From Candidatus Nanoarchaeia archaeon (lineage in GTDB: Bacteria; Patescibacteriota; Microgenomatia; Woykebacterales; RBG-16-39-9b), in contig DATBWR010000004.1 of the NCBI GenBank assembly GCA_036514715.1, positions 73,147 through 137,146 of the forward strand: a stretch of DNA of 64,000 bases. Direction: 5' to 3'. Under the pieces are notes generated by a model. The model made no database searches. It was not told the DNA's origin and saw only the letters and a program-made list of their open reading frames with translations. The position numbers and the translations under genes are program-made. Each line of letters opens with the position of its first letter. Position 1 is the first letter of the stretch. Below are positions 27,259 through 38,525 of this stretch, piece after piece.

Positions 27259-28351
27259 GACAGTTGAGATTAGTATCTCCAAACCGTTATTGGGTAAAGA
27301 AGAAGAGAGAGCTGTTATCAGAGTTATTCGCAGTGGTAACTTAGTCCAAGGTAAGCAAGTTGAAGCTTTTGAAAAAGAATTTGCTCACCTTTGCGGAACC
27401 AAATACGCAGTGGCAACTGACAACGGTACCTCTGCTCTAATTGTTGCCTTGACAGCAGCGGGAATTGGTAGAGGGGAGGAAGTTATCACCACGCCATTTA
27501 CTTTTATTGCGACTGCCAATGCTATCTCGTTTGTTGGTGCAAAGCCAGTCTTTGTTGATATTGACTCGGACACCTTTAACGTTGATCCCAGCAAAATTGA
27601 GGAAGCGATAACCAAGAAAACTAAAGCGATTATGCCGGTTCATATTTACGGTTTGATGGCCGATATGGAAAGTACTAACAAAATTGCCAAAAAGCACAGC
27701 CTTTTAGTAATTGAAGATTCAGCCCAAGCTCACGGGGCGTCTATTTTAGGTAGAAAGGCTGGTAATTGGGGGACAGTTGGGACGTTTTCTTTCTACCCGT
27801 CGAAGAACATGACTGCCGGTGAGGGTGGGATGGTTACAACAAACAGCGAGCAGATAGCAGCGAACAGTAAGTTGTTTAGAAATCAAGGAATGAGTAATCA
27901 ATACGAACACGAAATAATTGGCTTTAATTTCCGCATGAACGAGATTGAAGCCGCCATTGGTCGAGAACAACTGAAAAAGCTAGAAGGTTTTACTAAGAAA
28001 AGAATTCAGAACGCGGCCTATTTCAACCAAAATTTGAGCAAAATTGCCGGTATTACCACACCTTTTGTTCCAGACGGTTTTGTTCATGTTTATCACCAGT
28101 ACACTATTAAAGTCGAGAGACCATACCCACTAACTCGAGACCAGCTTTTAGAAAAGCTTCACAAAAACTCTATTGGAGCACGTATTTACTACCCAAAACT
28201 TTTAAATGATGAGAAAGTTTACGCTACTTTCAAACACAAGCGCTTGTCTGTTGCCGAAAAAGTTCACAAAAATATCCTCTCTTTGCCGGTTCACCCACTA
28301 TTAACTAAAAAAGACTTGGATAAAATTATTGGAGTAGTTGCTGATGTTTAA
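27251..28351 (+). CDS. DegT/DnrJ/EryC1-family PLP-dependent sugar aminotransferase (WbpE-like)
   Basis: Family-typical ...SFYPSKNMTAGEGG...; internal ATG used as start to avoid an 87-bp overlap. Confidence 0.85.
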   Translation: MSKTVEISISKPLLGKEEERAVIRVIRSGNLVQGKQVEAFEKEFAHLCGTKYAVATDNGTSALIVALTAAGIGRGEEVITTPFTFIATANAISFVGAKPVFVDIDSDTFNVDPSKIEEAITKKTKAIMPVHIYGLMADMESTNKIAKKHSLLVIEDSAQAHGASILGRKAGNWGTVGTFSFYPSKNMTAGEGGMVTTNSEQIAANSKLFRNQGMSNQYEHEIIGFNFRMNEIEAAIGREQLKKLEGFTKKRIQNAAYFNQNLSKIAGITTPFVPDGFVHVYHQYTIKVERPYPLTRDQLLEKLHKNSIGARIYYPKLLNDEKVYATFKHKRLSVAEKVHKNILSLPVHPLLTKKDLDKIIGVVADV

Positions 28352-29366
28352 AGCTAGCAATAAGAAGAAAATCAAGGCAGCGGTCATTGGTGTTGGCAAC
28401 ATGGGCAGGCACCACGCCCGTGTCTACCAGGAGTTGCCTAACGTTGATTTGGTTGGTGTTGCGGATTTAGACGAGAAGATTGGGAAAGCCCTCGCCCAAA
28501 AACATTCAACAAAATATTTCAAGGACTATAAAAAGCTGTTAAGTGAAACTAAACCGGATTTGGTTAGTATTTGTGTACCCACCCGTTGGCACCACTTGGT
28601 GACATTAGATGCTTTGGGTTTTGGTAGCCACGTTTTGGTGGAAAAACCAATTGCCGCAACTCTTAAGGAAGCCGAGGAAATGATTGCCGCTGCCGAAAAA
28701 GCGGAGGTGAAACTTACTGTTGGTCATATCGAAAGGTTTAACCCGGTAATTTTAAAACTCAAAGAGTTGATCGACGAGGGGAAACTGGGTAGCATCATCT
28801 CCATTATGGCCCGGCGTACTAATATAGTCCCCAACCGGATTAGGGACGCGAACGTAATTTTGGATATTGGTGTTCACGATATAGATCTTCTTAACTTTTT
28901 GCTTGATAGGAGACCACTTACTGTTCACGCTTACGGTGGCAGAGCAGTTCTTAGAAAGCACGAAGACTATGCTGACATTCTTTTAGAATACCCCAAGGAT
29001 AAGGCAGGTTTTAAAGTTACCGGCCATATTCAGACCAACTGGGTGACGCCGGTCAAAATTAGGAAAATTAATGTTACCGGTACCAAAGGTTATGCGGTTG
29101 CTAACTTGATCACCCAAGATTTAATAATTTTTGACACTAATTACACTTCAGAGTTTGATGATTTTGAGGATTACATTGGCAAGTTTAAAGAAAGTTCTGG
29201 GAAAAAAATTGTGGTGACTGTTGTCGAGCCTCTTAAAAAGCAGCTGGAAAGTTTCACAAACGCGGTGTTAGGCGATTATGAACCCTTGGTTAAACCCCTT
29301 GAAGCTTTGGAAGCCTTGAGAATTGCTAATCTCGCCACCAAAAACATCCGCTCCCGGTCCAAGTAA
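28338..29366 (+). CDS. Gfo/Idh/MocA-family sugar oxidoreductase (WbpB-like)
   Basis: AAVIGVGNMGRHH Rossmann motif; EKP motif. Confidence 0.8.
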   Translation: MLMFKASNKKKIKAAVIGVGNMGRHHARVYQELPNVDLVGVADLDEKIGKALAQKHSTKYFKDYKKLLSETKPDLVSICVPTRWHHLVTLDALGFGSHVLVEKPIAATLKEAEEMIAAAEKAEVKLTVGHIERFNPVILKLKELIDEGKLGSIISIMARRTNIVPNRIRDANVILDIGVHDIDLLNFLLDRRPLTVHAYGGRAVLRKHEDYADILLEYPKDKAGFKVTGHIQTNWVTPVKIRKINVTGTKGYAVANLITQDLIIFDTNYTSEFDDFEDYIGKFKESSGKKIVVTVVEPLKKQLESFTNAVLGDYEPLVKPLEALEALRIANLATKNIRSRSK

Positions 29367-29474
29367 ATTGGGTAAAAAAGAAGCGGACTGAAGAATTTTC
29401 TTTTAGTCAACCTTAGGTTTGTTTGGTAGCAGTCAGTATGTTAAAATCAAGGCTGTTTAATTTTTAGGAAAACT

Positions 29475-30005
29475 ATGGCAAAAAAATCTTTAGTAAAAAT
29501 TCATAAAACAGCTGCTGTAGATAAAAGTGCTGAAATTGGTACTGGAACAGAGATTTGGGATTGGGTAAAGGTGAGGGAAAACGCCAAAATTGGTAAAAAC
29601 TGCATAATCCATAAAGGGGTGTTTATCGACCAACAAGTTCAAATTGGGAACAATGTTAAAATTCAGGTTGATGCTTCCTTGTTCAAGGGTTTAATAGTAG
29701 AAGATGGTGCTTTCATTGGGCCGCACGTTTGCTTTACTAACGATAAATTACCACGCTCAACGAGTTCAGACGGTAATTTAAAGAAGAACTCCGATTGGGA
29801 TTTGAAACCCACTGTCGTTAAGGAAGGTGCTTCGGTAGGAGCCGCAGCGACAGTCTTACCTGGAATTACGATTGGAAGGTGGGCGATGGTTGGAGCTGGT
29901 GCGGTGGTGACTAAAAACGTTCCGGATTTTGGAATTGTAGTTGGTAACCCGGCCAAGTTAGTTGGTTACGCGGATAAGGAAGGCAAAAAGGTGAGATCTG
30001 CATGA
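29475..30005 (+). CDS. Hexapeptide-repeat (LbH) sugar N-acetyltransferase (WbpD-like)
   Basis: Left-handed beta-helix hexapeptide repeats ([13 protein letters not shown]...IGNNVKI...). Confidence 0.8.
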   Translation: MAKKSLVKIHKTAAVDKSAEIGTGTEIWDWVKVRENAKIGKNCIIHKGVFIDQQVQIGNNVKIQVDASLFKGLIVEDGAFIGPHVCFTNDKLPRSTSSDGNLKKNSDWDLKPTVVKEGASVGAAATVLPGITIGRWAMVGAGAVVTKNVPDFGIVVGNPAKLVGYADKEGKKVRSA

Positions 30006-31063
30006 AGAGAATTTTGGTAACCGGAAGTGGTGGTTCCGCTTCTTTTAATTTTATAGACTCACTAAGAATCGCTCCTGAGAAATTTTATATTGTTGGGGTT
30101 GATGTTAAACCCTACCACGCAGAACTTGCTCCGGTTGATAAACGTTATCTTATTCCTCCTGCTTCAGATCCAGACTTCATACCAACACTAAATCGCATTA
30201 TTGAGAAAGAGAAAGTGGAATTTGTTCACGCTCAACCGGACGTTGAGGTGATGGTACTTTCTAAAAACAGGGACAAGATTAAAGCCAAGGTTTTTTTGCC
30301 AGAACATTCAATTCTCGAAACTTTTGCCAACAAGATGAAGTATAATCGGCTGCTAAAAAAGAATAGAGTATCGGCACCGGAAAGTTATCACATAACCTCC
30401 AAAGAAACTTTAAAAGTAGCGCTAGATAAACTTCTTAAGAAACACGAAAAAGTTTGGATTAGAGCAATTCGTGGGGCTGGTTCAAAAGCTAGCCTACCGG
30501 TCAAAAAACTATCATTGGCGAAAGAGTGGATTGAATACTGGATAGACACCAGAGCGCTTAAGTACGAAGATTTTATGGCAAGCGAATTTTTACCGGGCCG
30601 GGAATTTGCTTTCCAAAGCCTTTGGAACAAAGGGAAGTTACTTACTTCTCAAGCAAGAGAGAGAATTGAGTACATTTTTGGCCATCTCACCCCCAGTGGG
30701 CAAACGTCCTCGCCTTCGGTGGCGAAAACTGTCAACCGTGATGATGTTAACGAAACTGCCACCAGGGCGGTAAAAGCAGTTGCACCAGAGGCAACTGGTG
30801 TTTTTTGTGTGGACATGAAAGAGGATAAAAACGGAAGAGTGTGTGTCATTGAAGTTAATGCCGGGCGTTTTTACACAACCAGCAACTTCTTTTCCCGAGC
30901 AGGTCTTAATATGCCTCATCTTTTAGTAAAAATGGCTTATGGAGAGAAGTTGCCAAAACTTGCCAAGTATAACGCTCTACCTGAAAACTTGCATTGGGTA
31001 AGAATGATTGATTCCGGTTTTAAATTGGTAAAGAACGGCGAGTGGACTAGTGAGGAAATTTAG
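30002..31063 (+). CDS. ATP-grasp domain protein
   Basis: Rossmann-like N-terminus ([10 protein letters not shown]); central/C-terminal ATP-grasp-like region ([14 protein letters not shown]...VIEVNAGRF). Confidence 0.5.
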   Translation: MKRILVTGSGGSASFNFIDSLRIAPEKFYIVGVDVKPYHAELAPVDKRYLIPPASDPDFIPTLNRIIEKEKVEFVHAQPDVEVMVLSKNRDKIKAKVFLPEHSILETFANKMKYNRLLKKNRVSAPESYHITSKETLKVALDKLLKKHEKVWIRAIRGAGSKASLPVKKLSLAKEWIEYWIDTRALKYEDFMASEFLPGREFAFQSLWNKGKLLTSQARERIEYIFGHLTPSGQTSSPSVAKTVNRDDVNETATRAVKAVAPEATGVFCVDMKEDKNGRVCVIEVNAGRFYTTSNFFSRAGLNMPHLLVKMAYGEKLPKLAKYNALPENLHWVRMIDSGFKLVKNGEWTSEEI

Positions 31064-32105
31064 TGTGGGTTTTGGGATGGATAAACAGAGGATCTTACAC
31101 GCTCCCGATGAGATTGCTGGGCAGCAGTTAGTTTTAGCTTCAGCAATGCGTTCCTTGGGGTTACCGGCGAAGTCGGTTTACTTTCACAAAAACCCTTTTG
31201 GTCTCAGGGGTGACTACAATCTAGGTTTGGGCACCAACCGCCTTAACCTAATTAACTACTTAAAACGACTTGGTTTTTTTGTCTTCGCGCTGTTTAAGTT
31301 TGATGTTTTTCAGTTTAATTACGGACGAACCTTGCTTCCCAAGTACCTAGACTTACCCGTTCTGAAATTTTTTGGGAAAAAGATCGTTGTGGTCTTTCAC
31401 GGTTGTGACGTCCGCGACTGTCAGAAGTTTTTTTCATCCTACCAAGCGCAAGGGCGAGACCATCTGAAAAACGATGTTGGGTTTACCAAAAAGCAAGCGT
31501 TAGTTTCGGAATTATCGAGATACGCGGACGCTTTAGTGGTAGCCACCGCAGACTTACTAGAAATCAACAAGGATTTTATTTACATCCCGGCAGCAATTGA
31601 TTTAGAAAAATGGGTGGCAGCTAAACCTGGCAAGAGAGATGCACCAAAAGAAGTTATTAAGATTGTTCATTCACCAACGGATCGGGAGATAAAAGGAACG
31701 GAATTTATAATGGACGCTATAGAAAATTTAAAAAAAGAAGGTTACCAAGTGGAGCTAGCTTTGTTGGAAGGTTTGCCAGCTGCGAAGGTTAAGGAAATTT
31801 TTCAGTCCACCGACATCGTTGTGGATCAAGTCCTTTCCAATTGGTACGGCACTGTCTCTATCGAAGGTATGGCTTTGGGAAAGCCGGTTATTGTTAGCTA
31901 CGACGAAGAATTGAAGACAAAGTTGAGGCCAGACCTACCAGTTGTTAGGGCGGATCGGTATGATCTGGAACAAGTTTTGAGAGGGCTTTTAAAAGACAAA
32001 AGTCGTTGGGATCTGCTTGGGAAAAGTGGAATTGAGTTTGTTAAAAAGTACCACGCAGCTGAAGTCGTGGCTAAAAAATACCTCAATTTGTACCAGAGTT
32101 TATGA
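31050..32105 (+). CDS. Glycosyltransferase-like protein (GT1/GT4-like C-terminal half)
   Basis: C-terminal SIEGMALGKPVIVS resembles the GT4 E..A.G.PVI motif. Confidence 0.4.
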   Translation: MRKFSVGFGMDKQRILHAPDEIAGQQLVLASAMRSLGLPAKSVYFHKNPFGLRGDYNLGLGTNRLNLINYLKRLGFFVFALFKFDVFQFNYGRTLLPKYLDLPVLKFFGKKIVVVFHGCDVRDCQKFFSSYQAQGRDHLKNDVGFTKKQALVSELSRYADALVVATADLLEINKDFIYIPAAIDLEKWVAAKPGKRDAPKEVIKIVHSPTDREIKGTEFIMDAIENLKKEGYQVELALLEGLPAAKVKEIFQSTDIVVDQVLSNWYGTVSIEGMALGKPVIVSYDEELKTKLRPDLPVVRADRYDLEQVLRGLLKDKSRWDLLGKSGIEFVKKYHAAEVVAKKYLNLYQSL

Positions 32106-33559
32106 AAGACCAAATTTTAAGACTTTCAAAAGACACTCTCATCTACGGAGTGGGTAACGTTGCACAGCGTTTTTTGGCGATCTTTCTGGCGCCAATTTTC
32201 ACTCGAATTTTTTCACCCGCTGATTACGGGATTTTAGACGTGATAACTACAGCGGTTGCTTTATTACAACTCTTTCTCATTCTGGGGTTGGATGCTGCCA
32301 GCAGCTATTACTACTTTCATACTGAGGGCGAAAAAGAAAAACGCCAGGTTTTATCAACTGCGCTCACCTTTTTAGCTGGTTTTGCTTTACTGGTAGCCGT
32401 CGTAGCAGTTTTTGCTGCCAGTAGTATTTCACTCTTTTTCTTTGGGACCCAAAACTATTCTAACCACATCACCATCGCTCTTTTCTCAGTGCCTTTTGTA
32501 GTTATAACAGCCTTTTTAATTGACGTCCTACGTTTGCGATTTCAAGCTAAAAAATACGTTGTTATGGCAACTACTCGGGTTTTGTTAACCGCTGCTCTGA
32601 GTATCTATCTAATTGCGTTTTTGCATTTTGGTGTTATTGGGGCTTTTTGGGCGAACTTGGTAACTGGATTAGTCACGACCCTGCTTGGTTTTTATTTAGT
32701 GCGCGATGTTTTTGAGCTGAGCTTTTCAGTGCCCTTCTTAAAAAAACTGTTGCGCTACGGTTTGCCATTAGTGCCAGCCGCTTTGTTTTATTGGGTTTTC
32801 ACTCTGTCAGATCGCTTTCTGTTAACCAAGCTTGTTAGTTTGAACGAGGTTGGAGTTTATACTATCGGTGCAAAATTAGCAGCGGTAATGGCGATGCTTG
32901 TTGGAGCCTTTCAGCTTGCTTGGGGCCCGTTTGCCTTATCAGTAGCTAAACGTAAAGAAGCTAAGGAGATTTATGCCAATGTCTTAACAGTGTATTTGGC
33001 AGTAGCTTTTTTCTTTAGTATTCTGGTAGCGAGTTTTGCCAAAGAGATATTAATTATTTTTACCACCGCACCTTATTTTGAAGCCTCCAAAGTAGTTGGG
33101 TTACTCTCAATTGGAGCTGTTTTCTACGGAGCTTATTATATTGTGGCGATTGGGGTTAATCTAGCCAAAAAGACTGAGCATTTGGCTTGGACCACTGGGT
33201 TGGCAGCTTTGGTGAGTATCGGTCTCAACCTCTTGATCATACCTCGGTTTGGAATGCTCGGTGCAGCCTTTGTTAACAGTCTGGCCTTTTTAACTTCCGC
33301 TTTGGCAATCTTTTTTGTTTCCCAAAAATATTATCCAATTAATTTTCAATACCAGAAAGTGCTGATAATTTTATTTTTTGGTGTTTGCCTAACTCTAATA
33401 GGCAGTTTTCTAAGTACGGGGGAAGTTTCTTTAGAGGTTATTTTTCTTAAAGCCTTGGTTGTCTTTTCCTTTCCTGTTTTGCTCTTCTCGACGCGTACTT
33501 TTACAACTAGCGGGCTGCGCTCCTTTGCCAGTCAATTTCCTATCATTAACAAACTATGA
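32102..33559 (+). CDS. Polysaccharide-unit flippase, Wzx-like (MOP superfamily)
   Basis: 485 aa, about 12-14 TM helices; typical polysacc_synt topology. Confidence 0.7.
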   Translation: MKDQILRLSKDTLIYGVGNVAQRFLAIFLAPIFTRIFSPADYGILDVITTAVALLQLFLILGLDAASSYYYFHTEGEKEKRQVLSTALTFLAGFALLVAVVAVFAASSISLFFFGTQNYSNHITIALFSVPFVVITAFLIDVLRLRFQAKKYVVMATTRVLLTAALSIYLIAFLHFGVIGAFWANLVTGLVTTLLGFYLVRDVFELSFSVPFLKKLLRYGLPLVPAALFYWVFTLSDRFLLTKLVSLNEVGVYTIGAKLAAVMAMLVGAFQLAWGPFALSVAKRKEAKEIYANVLTVYLAVAFFFSILVASFAKEILIIFTTAPYFEASKVVGLLSIGAVFYGAYYIVAIGVNLAKKTEHLAWTTGLAALVSIGLNLLIIPRFGMLGAAFVNSLAFLTSALAIFFVSQKYYPINFQYQKVLIILFFGVCLTLIGSFLSTGEVSLEVIFLKALVVFSFPVLLFSTRTFTTSGLRSFASQFPIINKL

Positions 33560-34779
33560 AAAAGCTCAGAGTTTGTATGGCCGTTACTAATCCTTTTACC
33601 CACGACCAGCGTGTTTACCGCGAGGCTAAAACCTTGGTCGATAATGGTTACTCGGTTACGGTAGTGGCTCTGAAAGAATTTGGTTCAACAATTACCGACG
33701 AGGAAGTTCTTGACGGGATTAAAGTTTTGAGAATTAGCAAAGAGAGAGTGGCCAATCTTCGTGGAACGCAATTATTGACCGAAAAAATTGGAGTTTTACC
33801 CAAAATTCTCCTTTACGGAAACAGTTTTACGCCCCAGTTACAGAGGGCTCTTTCAGAACAAAAGGCGGACATTTATCACGCCCATGATCTGGATACGTTG
33901 CAAGCTTCCTATCAGGCTAGCAGAGAAAACAAAGCCAAAATTGTTTACGACTCCCACGAAATTTTTCTTGAGGCCCTAAAAGAATGGCAAGCGGAAATTA
34001 GGGAAAATGGCGACCTAATCAAATTGGTAGGGGCCTATCTAGTGAGTGTTTCTTTAAGCCGGATCGAGAAAAACCTGATTGAAAAGGTTGACAAGGTAAT
34101 TACAATTAACGACTCGATTGCCTCTTTTCTAACCAAAAAATATCACTTGAACGAAAAACCTACTGTAGTTATGAACTGTTACGAACTTACGGAAGTTGGG
34201 CCAAATGATAAGTTACGGCTCAAGTTTTCTTTGCCAGAGTCAACAAAAGTAATTATCTTTCAAGGAGCGTTCGGAAAAGTGCGGGGTTTGGATAATACTA
34301 TAAAAGCAGTGCAGAAGGTTGAAAATGCCGCACTGATTTTGATGGGGGAAGGTAACATTAAAACTGATCTTGAAGCTTTGGTGAGAAAACTTGGTTTGGA
34401 AAAAAGGGTGTTTTTCCACCCGACAGTTGCACCTAAAGAGCTACTAAATTACACCTCTTCTGCTGATTTGGGAGTTATCGCCTACAGAAATACTTCCTTA
34501 AACAACTATTTTTGCACTCCCAACAAAATTTTTGAGTATATGATGGCTGGTATTCCAATGGTTGTCAGCGATTTTCCCGAACTAAAAAAGTTTGCCGCTT
34601 TAGGTGCGGGTCTAACCTTTGATCCGGAAAGTCCTAACTCAATTGCTACTACAATTAACAAAGTTTTTTCTGGAAATCTAGTTGGTATGAAAGAGAAAGC
34701 TCGTTCTCTTGCAGAAGAAAGCTATAATTGGGAAGTTGAATCTAAAAAACTCCTGCAAGTCTACTCTTCTTTAAATTAA
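33556..34779 (+). CDS. Glycosyltransferase family 4
   Basis: GT-B fold; C-terminal EYMMAGIPMVVSDF motif. Confidence 0.8.
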   Translation: MKKLRVCMAVTNPFTHDQRVYREAKTLVDNGYSVTVVALKEFGSTITDEEVLDGIKVLRISKERVANLRGTQLLTEKIGVLPKILLYGNSFTPQLQRALSEQKADIYHAHDLDTLQASYQASRENKAKIVYDSHEIFLEALKEWQAEIRENGDLIKLVGAYLVSVSLSRIEKNLIEKVDKVITINDSIASFLTKKYHLNEKPTVVMNCYELTEVGPNDKLRLKFSLPESTKVIIFQGAFGKVRGLDNTIKAVQKVENAALILMGEGNIKTDLEALVRKLGLEKRVFFHPTVAPKELLNYTSSADLGVIAYRNTSLNNYFCTPNKIFEYMMAGIPMVVSDFPELKKFAALGAGLTFDPESPNSIATTINKVFSGNLVGMKEKARSLAEESYNWEVESKKLLQVYSSLN

Positions 34780-34781
34780 TT

Positions 34782-36668
34782 ATGTGTGGAATATCTGGAA
34801 TTTTAAGTTTTGAAAAAAACAAAATTGATCAAAGAACGGTCAAAGCTATGGCCAATACCCTCAGACATAGAGGACCAGATGATGAAGGTTTCTACTTTGA
34901 CGAAAATATTGGTTTGGGTTTCCGTAGGCTAGCGATACTGGATTTGTCTTCCGCTGGGCACCAACCGATGAACAGGGGCCCATTTTGGATTATCTTCAAT
35001 GGAGAAATTTACAACTATCTTGAGCTTCGGGAAGAGCTAAAAAAGAAGGGTTATCAGTTTAGCTCTGGTACTGACTCCGAAGTTATTTTGAGAGCCTATG
35101 AAGAATGGGGTGAGGATTGTGTCAAACGCTTTAATGGAATGTGGGCTTTTGCCATCTGGGACAAAAGCAGGAAGAAGTTATTTGTCTCCCGTGACCGTAT
35201 GGGTGTGAAACCTTTTTACTACTATGTTGATAGGAGCCGGTTTTACTTTTCCTCTGAAATCAAAGCCTTGCTGGTTAACAAAGAAATCAAGGCTAGTCCA
35301 AACGAGGGAATTATCTACGACTATCTTTTAAATGGGCAGATTGACCATACTAACGAAACCTTTTTTGAAGGTATTAAGCAACTTCCTGGTGGACACAATT
35401 TGGTAGTTCAAATTCCACAAGGCAAGATGGAAATTAAGAAATTTTGGGATATCGATCCGGACAACAAACTAGAGGGATTATCAGATGAAGAATACGCGGA
35501 GCGTTTTCGCGAGCTTTTTATTGATTCGGTTAGCCTGCGGTTAAGAGCCGACGTTCCTATTGGAACTTGCCTTTCTGGAGGCTTGGACTCCTCCAGTATT
35601 GTTTGTGTAGTAGCTGATTTATTGAAGAAAGAAAAAATTGAACAAATCGGGGAAATTCAGAAGACATTCACCGCAGCTTACAAAAATGCTGAGTACGATG
35701 AATCAGCCTTCGCTGGCGAAGTGGTTAGGAAAGCTCGCACAAAAGATTTCTATACCTATCCATCTGGTGAAAAGCTGTATGAAGAAATTGATAAGATTAT
35801 TTATCATCAGGATGAACCTTTTAGTTCCACTTCAATTTATGCCCAGTGGAATGTTTTCCGGCTAGCCAAGGAACAAGGAGTAAAGGTAATGCTAGATGGA
35901 CAAGGATCAGATGAGTTATTAGCTGGTTACACGTCTTCTTTCTCAGCTTATTATGCCCATTTACTGAAAAGCTTAAAATTTCTTAAACTTCTAGACGAAT
36001 TGTCAGCTTTTTCCAAAAATTATTCAAACAAAAAGTTCTTGGGAGTTTCCGGTTTAAGCCCAAAGTTATTTCTTAGTTATTTGCTGCCAAGAAGTTTGGT
36101 CCAGTCTTTAAAAACTCGTACTAAGACGGAGTCGGTGGTGCTGGAAGAAACCTTTTCTAACGAATATCAGGACCGGCATCTTGAAGTTAATTTTGACCCG
36201 AACGACTCTTTTAGAAACTTTACCTACCTGTCTTTGAGAAAATCTTCTCTGCCGGCTCTCTTACATTACGAAGATAGAGACTCAATGGCTTTTTCAATTG
36301 AGGCTAGAGTTCCTTTTCTCGACTACCGTTTAGTGGAATTTGTTTTTTCTCTACCTAATGATCAGAAAATTAAGGATGCTCGTACCAAAGCTGTGTTGCG
36401 TAATGCCATGCACGGGATAATTCCGGAGAAGGTTGAAGGGCGCCTTGATAAAATCGGGTTTACTACCCCGGAAGACCTTTGGTTTCGGACAGTTTTGAAG
36501 AAGATGACCTTGGATATACTTGGGTCAAAATCGTTTAAAGACCGGGGGTTTATCAATCCAGAAAAAGCTTTGGAGCAGTTTCAGAATTTAAGTAGCGATG
36601 TTAATAAATCGAGCGCAATTTGGAGGTGGGTAAACCTCGAACTTTGGTTTAGAAAGTTTATCGATTAG
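34782..36668 (+). CDS. Asparagine synthetase family glutamine amidotransferase (AsnB / WbpS-like)
   Basis: MCGISGI Ntn nucleophile; SGGLDSS PP-loop. Confidence 0.9.
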   Translation: MCGISGILSFEKNKIDQRTVKAMANTLRHRGPDDEGFYFDENIGLGFRRLAILDLSSAGHQPMNRGPFWIIFNGEIYNYLELREELKKKGYQFSSGTDSEVILRAYEEWGEDCVKRFNGMWAFAIWDKSRKKLFVSRDRMGVKPFYYYVDRSRFYFSSEIKALLVNKEIKASPNEGIIYDYLLNGQIDHTNETFFEGIKQLPGGHNLVVQIPQGKMEIKKFWDIDPDNKLEGLSDEEYAERFRELFIDSVSLRLRADVPIGTCLSGGLDSSSIVCVVADLLKKEKIEQIGEIQKTFTAAYKNAEYDESAFAGEVVRKARTKDFYTYPSGEKLYEEIDKIIYHQDEPFSSTSIYAQWNVFRLAKEQGVKVMLDGQGSDELLAGYTSSFSAYYAHLLKSLKFLKLLDELSAFSKNYSNKKFLGVSGLSPKLFLSYLLPRSLVQSLKTRTKTESVVLEETFSNEYQDRHLEVNFDPNDSFRNFTYLSLRKSSLPALLHYEDRDSMAFSIEARVPFLDYRLVEFVFSLPNDQKIKDARTKAVLRNAMHGIIPEKVEGRLDKIGFTTPEDLWFRTVLKKMTLDILGSKSFKDRGFINPEKALEQFQNLSSDVNKSSAIWRWVNLELWFRKFID

Positions 36669-36675
36669 TTAAAAA

Positions 36676-37455
36676 ATGGTTACCCTTACTTTTAACCTAA
36701 CTAAAAAAGTTCCTCTTGGAAACACCAGCATTTGGGTTGATACTGCTATGGAAGCTGAGAAGGACTACGCTGGTTTAAAATATAAGGAAGCGGGAGTTGT
36801 CCGAAAAGTTAAAGACTTACTTTGGCCAGCTGTTTCCCTGAGAAACCTCTGGTTGGTTGACGGTTTTATTGAGAATACAGTTGGGAGCTTAATTAAAAAA
36901 TACGCTAAAAAAGACACAGTTTTTCTAGATGTGGGTTGTGGTGATTTGCGTTTGAAAAGGTACTTACCTAAAAAACTTACTTACAGCGGCTTAGACATTA
37001 ATTTCTCACAGGTCCAAATCAACCGAGAAGTGAAAAAGGGCGAAAAAGTTAATTTAGCTTTGGCATCGGCGAAAAAAATTCCACTTGCCGACGGCTCCGT
37101 AACCCTAGCTGCCAGTGCCGAAGTGTTTGAACACATTCCTGGTGTGGAAAAAGCAATTGCCGAAGTTTACCGTATTTTAAAACCAGGTGGAATTTTGGTT
37201 ATCTCAATACCTAATAATTATTGCTACAAGTACCAAAAGAAGGGTGCCCACGCAGATCACGTTAATAACTGGAAGTTTGTTGAATTTAGAAAATTTGTCG
37301 AGGACAGAAGTTTCAAATGCTTGGAAAGTGATCTGAAAGGTTACTGGTTACCTCTGCCATTGTGGTTGACCAAAACCAGTTATCAACTACCGCTAAAATC
37401 AAAAAAAGAGTTTTATAACACTAACTTCTTTTATGTGTTTAAAAAACAAACATGA
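36676..37455 (+). CDS. Class I SAM-dependent methyltransferase
   Basis: LDVGCGDLRL motif I; LKPGGILVIS. Confidence 0.7.
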   Translation: MVTLTFNLTKKVPLGNTSIWVDTAMEAEKDYAGLKYKEAGVVRKVKDLLWPAVSLRNLWLVDGFIENTVGSLIKKYAKKDTVFLDVGCGDLRLKRYLPKKLTYSGLDINFSQVQINREVKKGEKVNLALASAKKIPLADGSVTLAASAEVFEHIPGVEKAIAEVYRILKPGGILVISIPNNYCYKYQKKGAHADHVNNWKFVEFRKFVEDRSFKCLESDLKGYWLPLPLWLTKTSYQLPLKSKKEFYNTNFFYVFKKQT

Positions 37456-38525
37456 AAAAAATCGCTACTGTTTTAGGAACTAGACCGCAATTCATTAAAG
37501 CTGCTGCGCTCTCAGGTGAACTAAGAAAAAGTTTTGACGAGGTGATTATTCACACCGGCCAACACTACGATGAAAACATGTCCCCAATCTTCTTTAAGGA
37601 GCTATCAATACCAAACCCAGATTTTAACCTTGGTGTTGGTTCTGGATCTCATGGGGAACAGACAGGAAAAATGCTCATCGGTATTGCCGAAAAACTTTCA
37701 GAAGTAAAACCGGATTTAGTATTGGTGTACGGAGATACTAATTCGACTTTAGCCGGCTCCATTGCGGCTGCTAAGCTTAATATTCCGATTGCTCACGTCG
37801 AAGCTGGTTTGCGAAGTTACAACCGAAAAATGCCTGAGGAAATTAACCGTGTAGTTACTGATGAGCTTTCAACTTTGCTTTTTTGTCCGACTAAGACAGC
37901 AGTGGACAATTTAAAGAAAGAAGGTATTACTAAGGGAGTCTTCTTTACCGGAGACGTTATGCACGATCAAATACTTTCCAATCTTGAAAAAACTAAAGAG
38001 TCAAAAATTCTTGAAGAGTTGCTTCTTAAGCCAAAAAGCTACCTTTACGCTACTATTCATCGGCCAGAAAACACCGATGTACCAGAAAATTTAAGGGGAA
38101 TCTTTACTGCCTTGGAAGAGGCTGGTGAGAGTATTGTTTTGCCCCTACATCCTAGGACTAAAGCAGCTTTAACCAGAGTTAACTTGAGGCCCACTGCCAA
38201 TATCAGGATTATTGAGCCGGTTGGTTATCTTGATAACCTGTTCTTGGAAGCAAACGCTAAAAAAATCTTAACCGATTCCGGCGGGATTCAAAAAGAAGCT
38301 TACTTTCTCAAAATTCCTTGTATTACTTTAAGAAACGAAACCGAATGGCCAGAAACCACCAAGAGTGGTTGGAATATTTTGGTAGGAGCTGATAAAGAAA
38401 AAATTAAGAAAGCAATTAAAACTTTTGCACCTTCCGGAATTCAAAAAAACTATTTTGGGGATGGAAAGGCCAGTAAGGAAATTGTTGACTTGATCAATAC
38501 GTTTTTAAAAGAGGAGAAAGAGTGA
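37452..38525 (+). CDS. wecB: UDP-N-acetylglucosamine 2-epimerase (non-hydrolysing)
   Basis: GTRPQFIKAA...HTGQHYD...VEAGLRS family motifs. Confidence 0.9.
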   Translation: MKKIATVLGTRPQFIKAAALSGELRKSFDEVIIHTGQHYDENMSPIFFKELSIPNPDFNLGVGSGSHGEQTGKMLIGIAEKLSEVKPDLVLVYGDTNSTLAGSIAAAKLNIPIAHVEAGLRSYNRKMPEEINRVVTDELSTLLFCPTKTAVDNLKKEGITKGVFFTGDVMHDQILSNLEKTKESKILEELLLKPKSYLYATIHRPENTDVPENLRGIFTALEEAGESIVLPLHPRTKAALTRVNLRPTANIRIIEPVGYLDNLFLEANAKKILTDSGGIQKEAYFLKIPCITLRNETEWPETTKSGWNILVGADKEKIKKAIKTFAPSGIQKNYFGDGKASKEIVDLINTFLKEEKE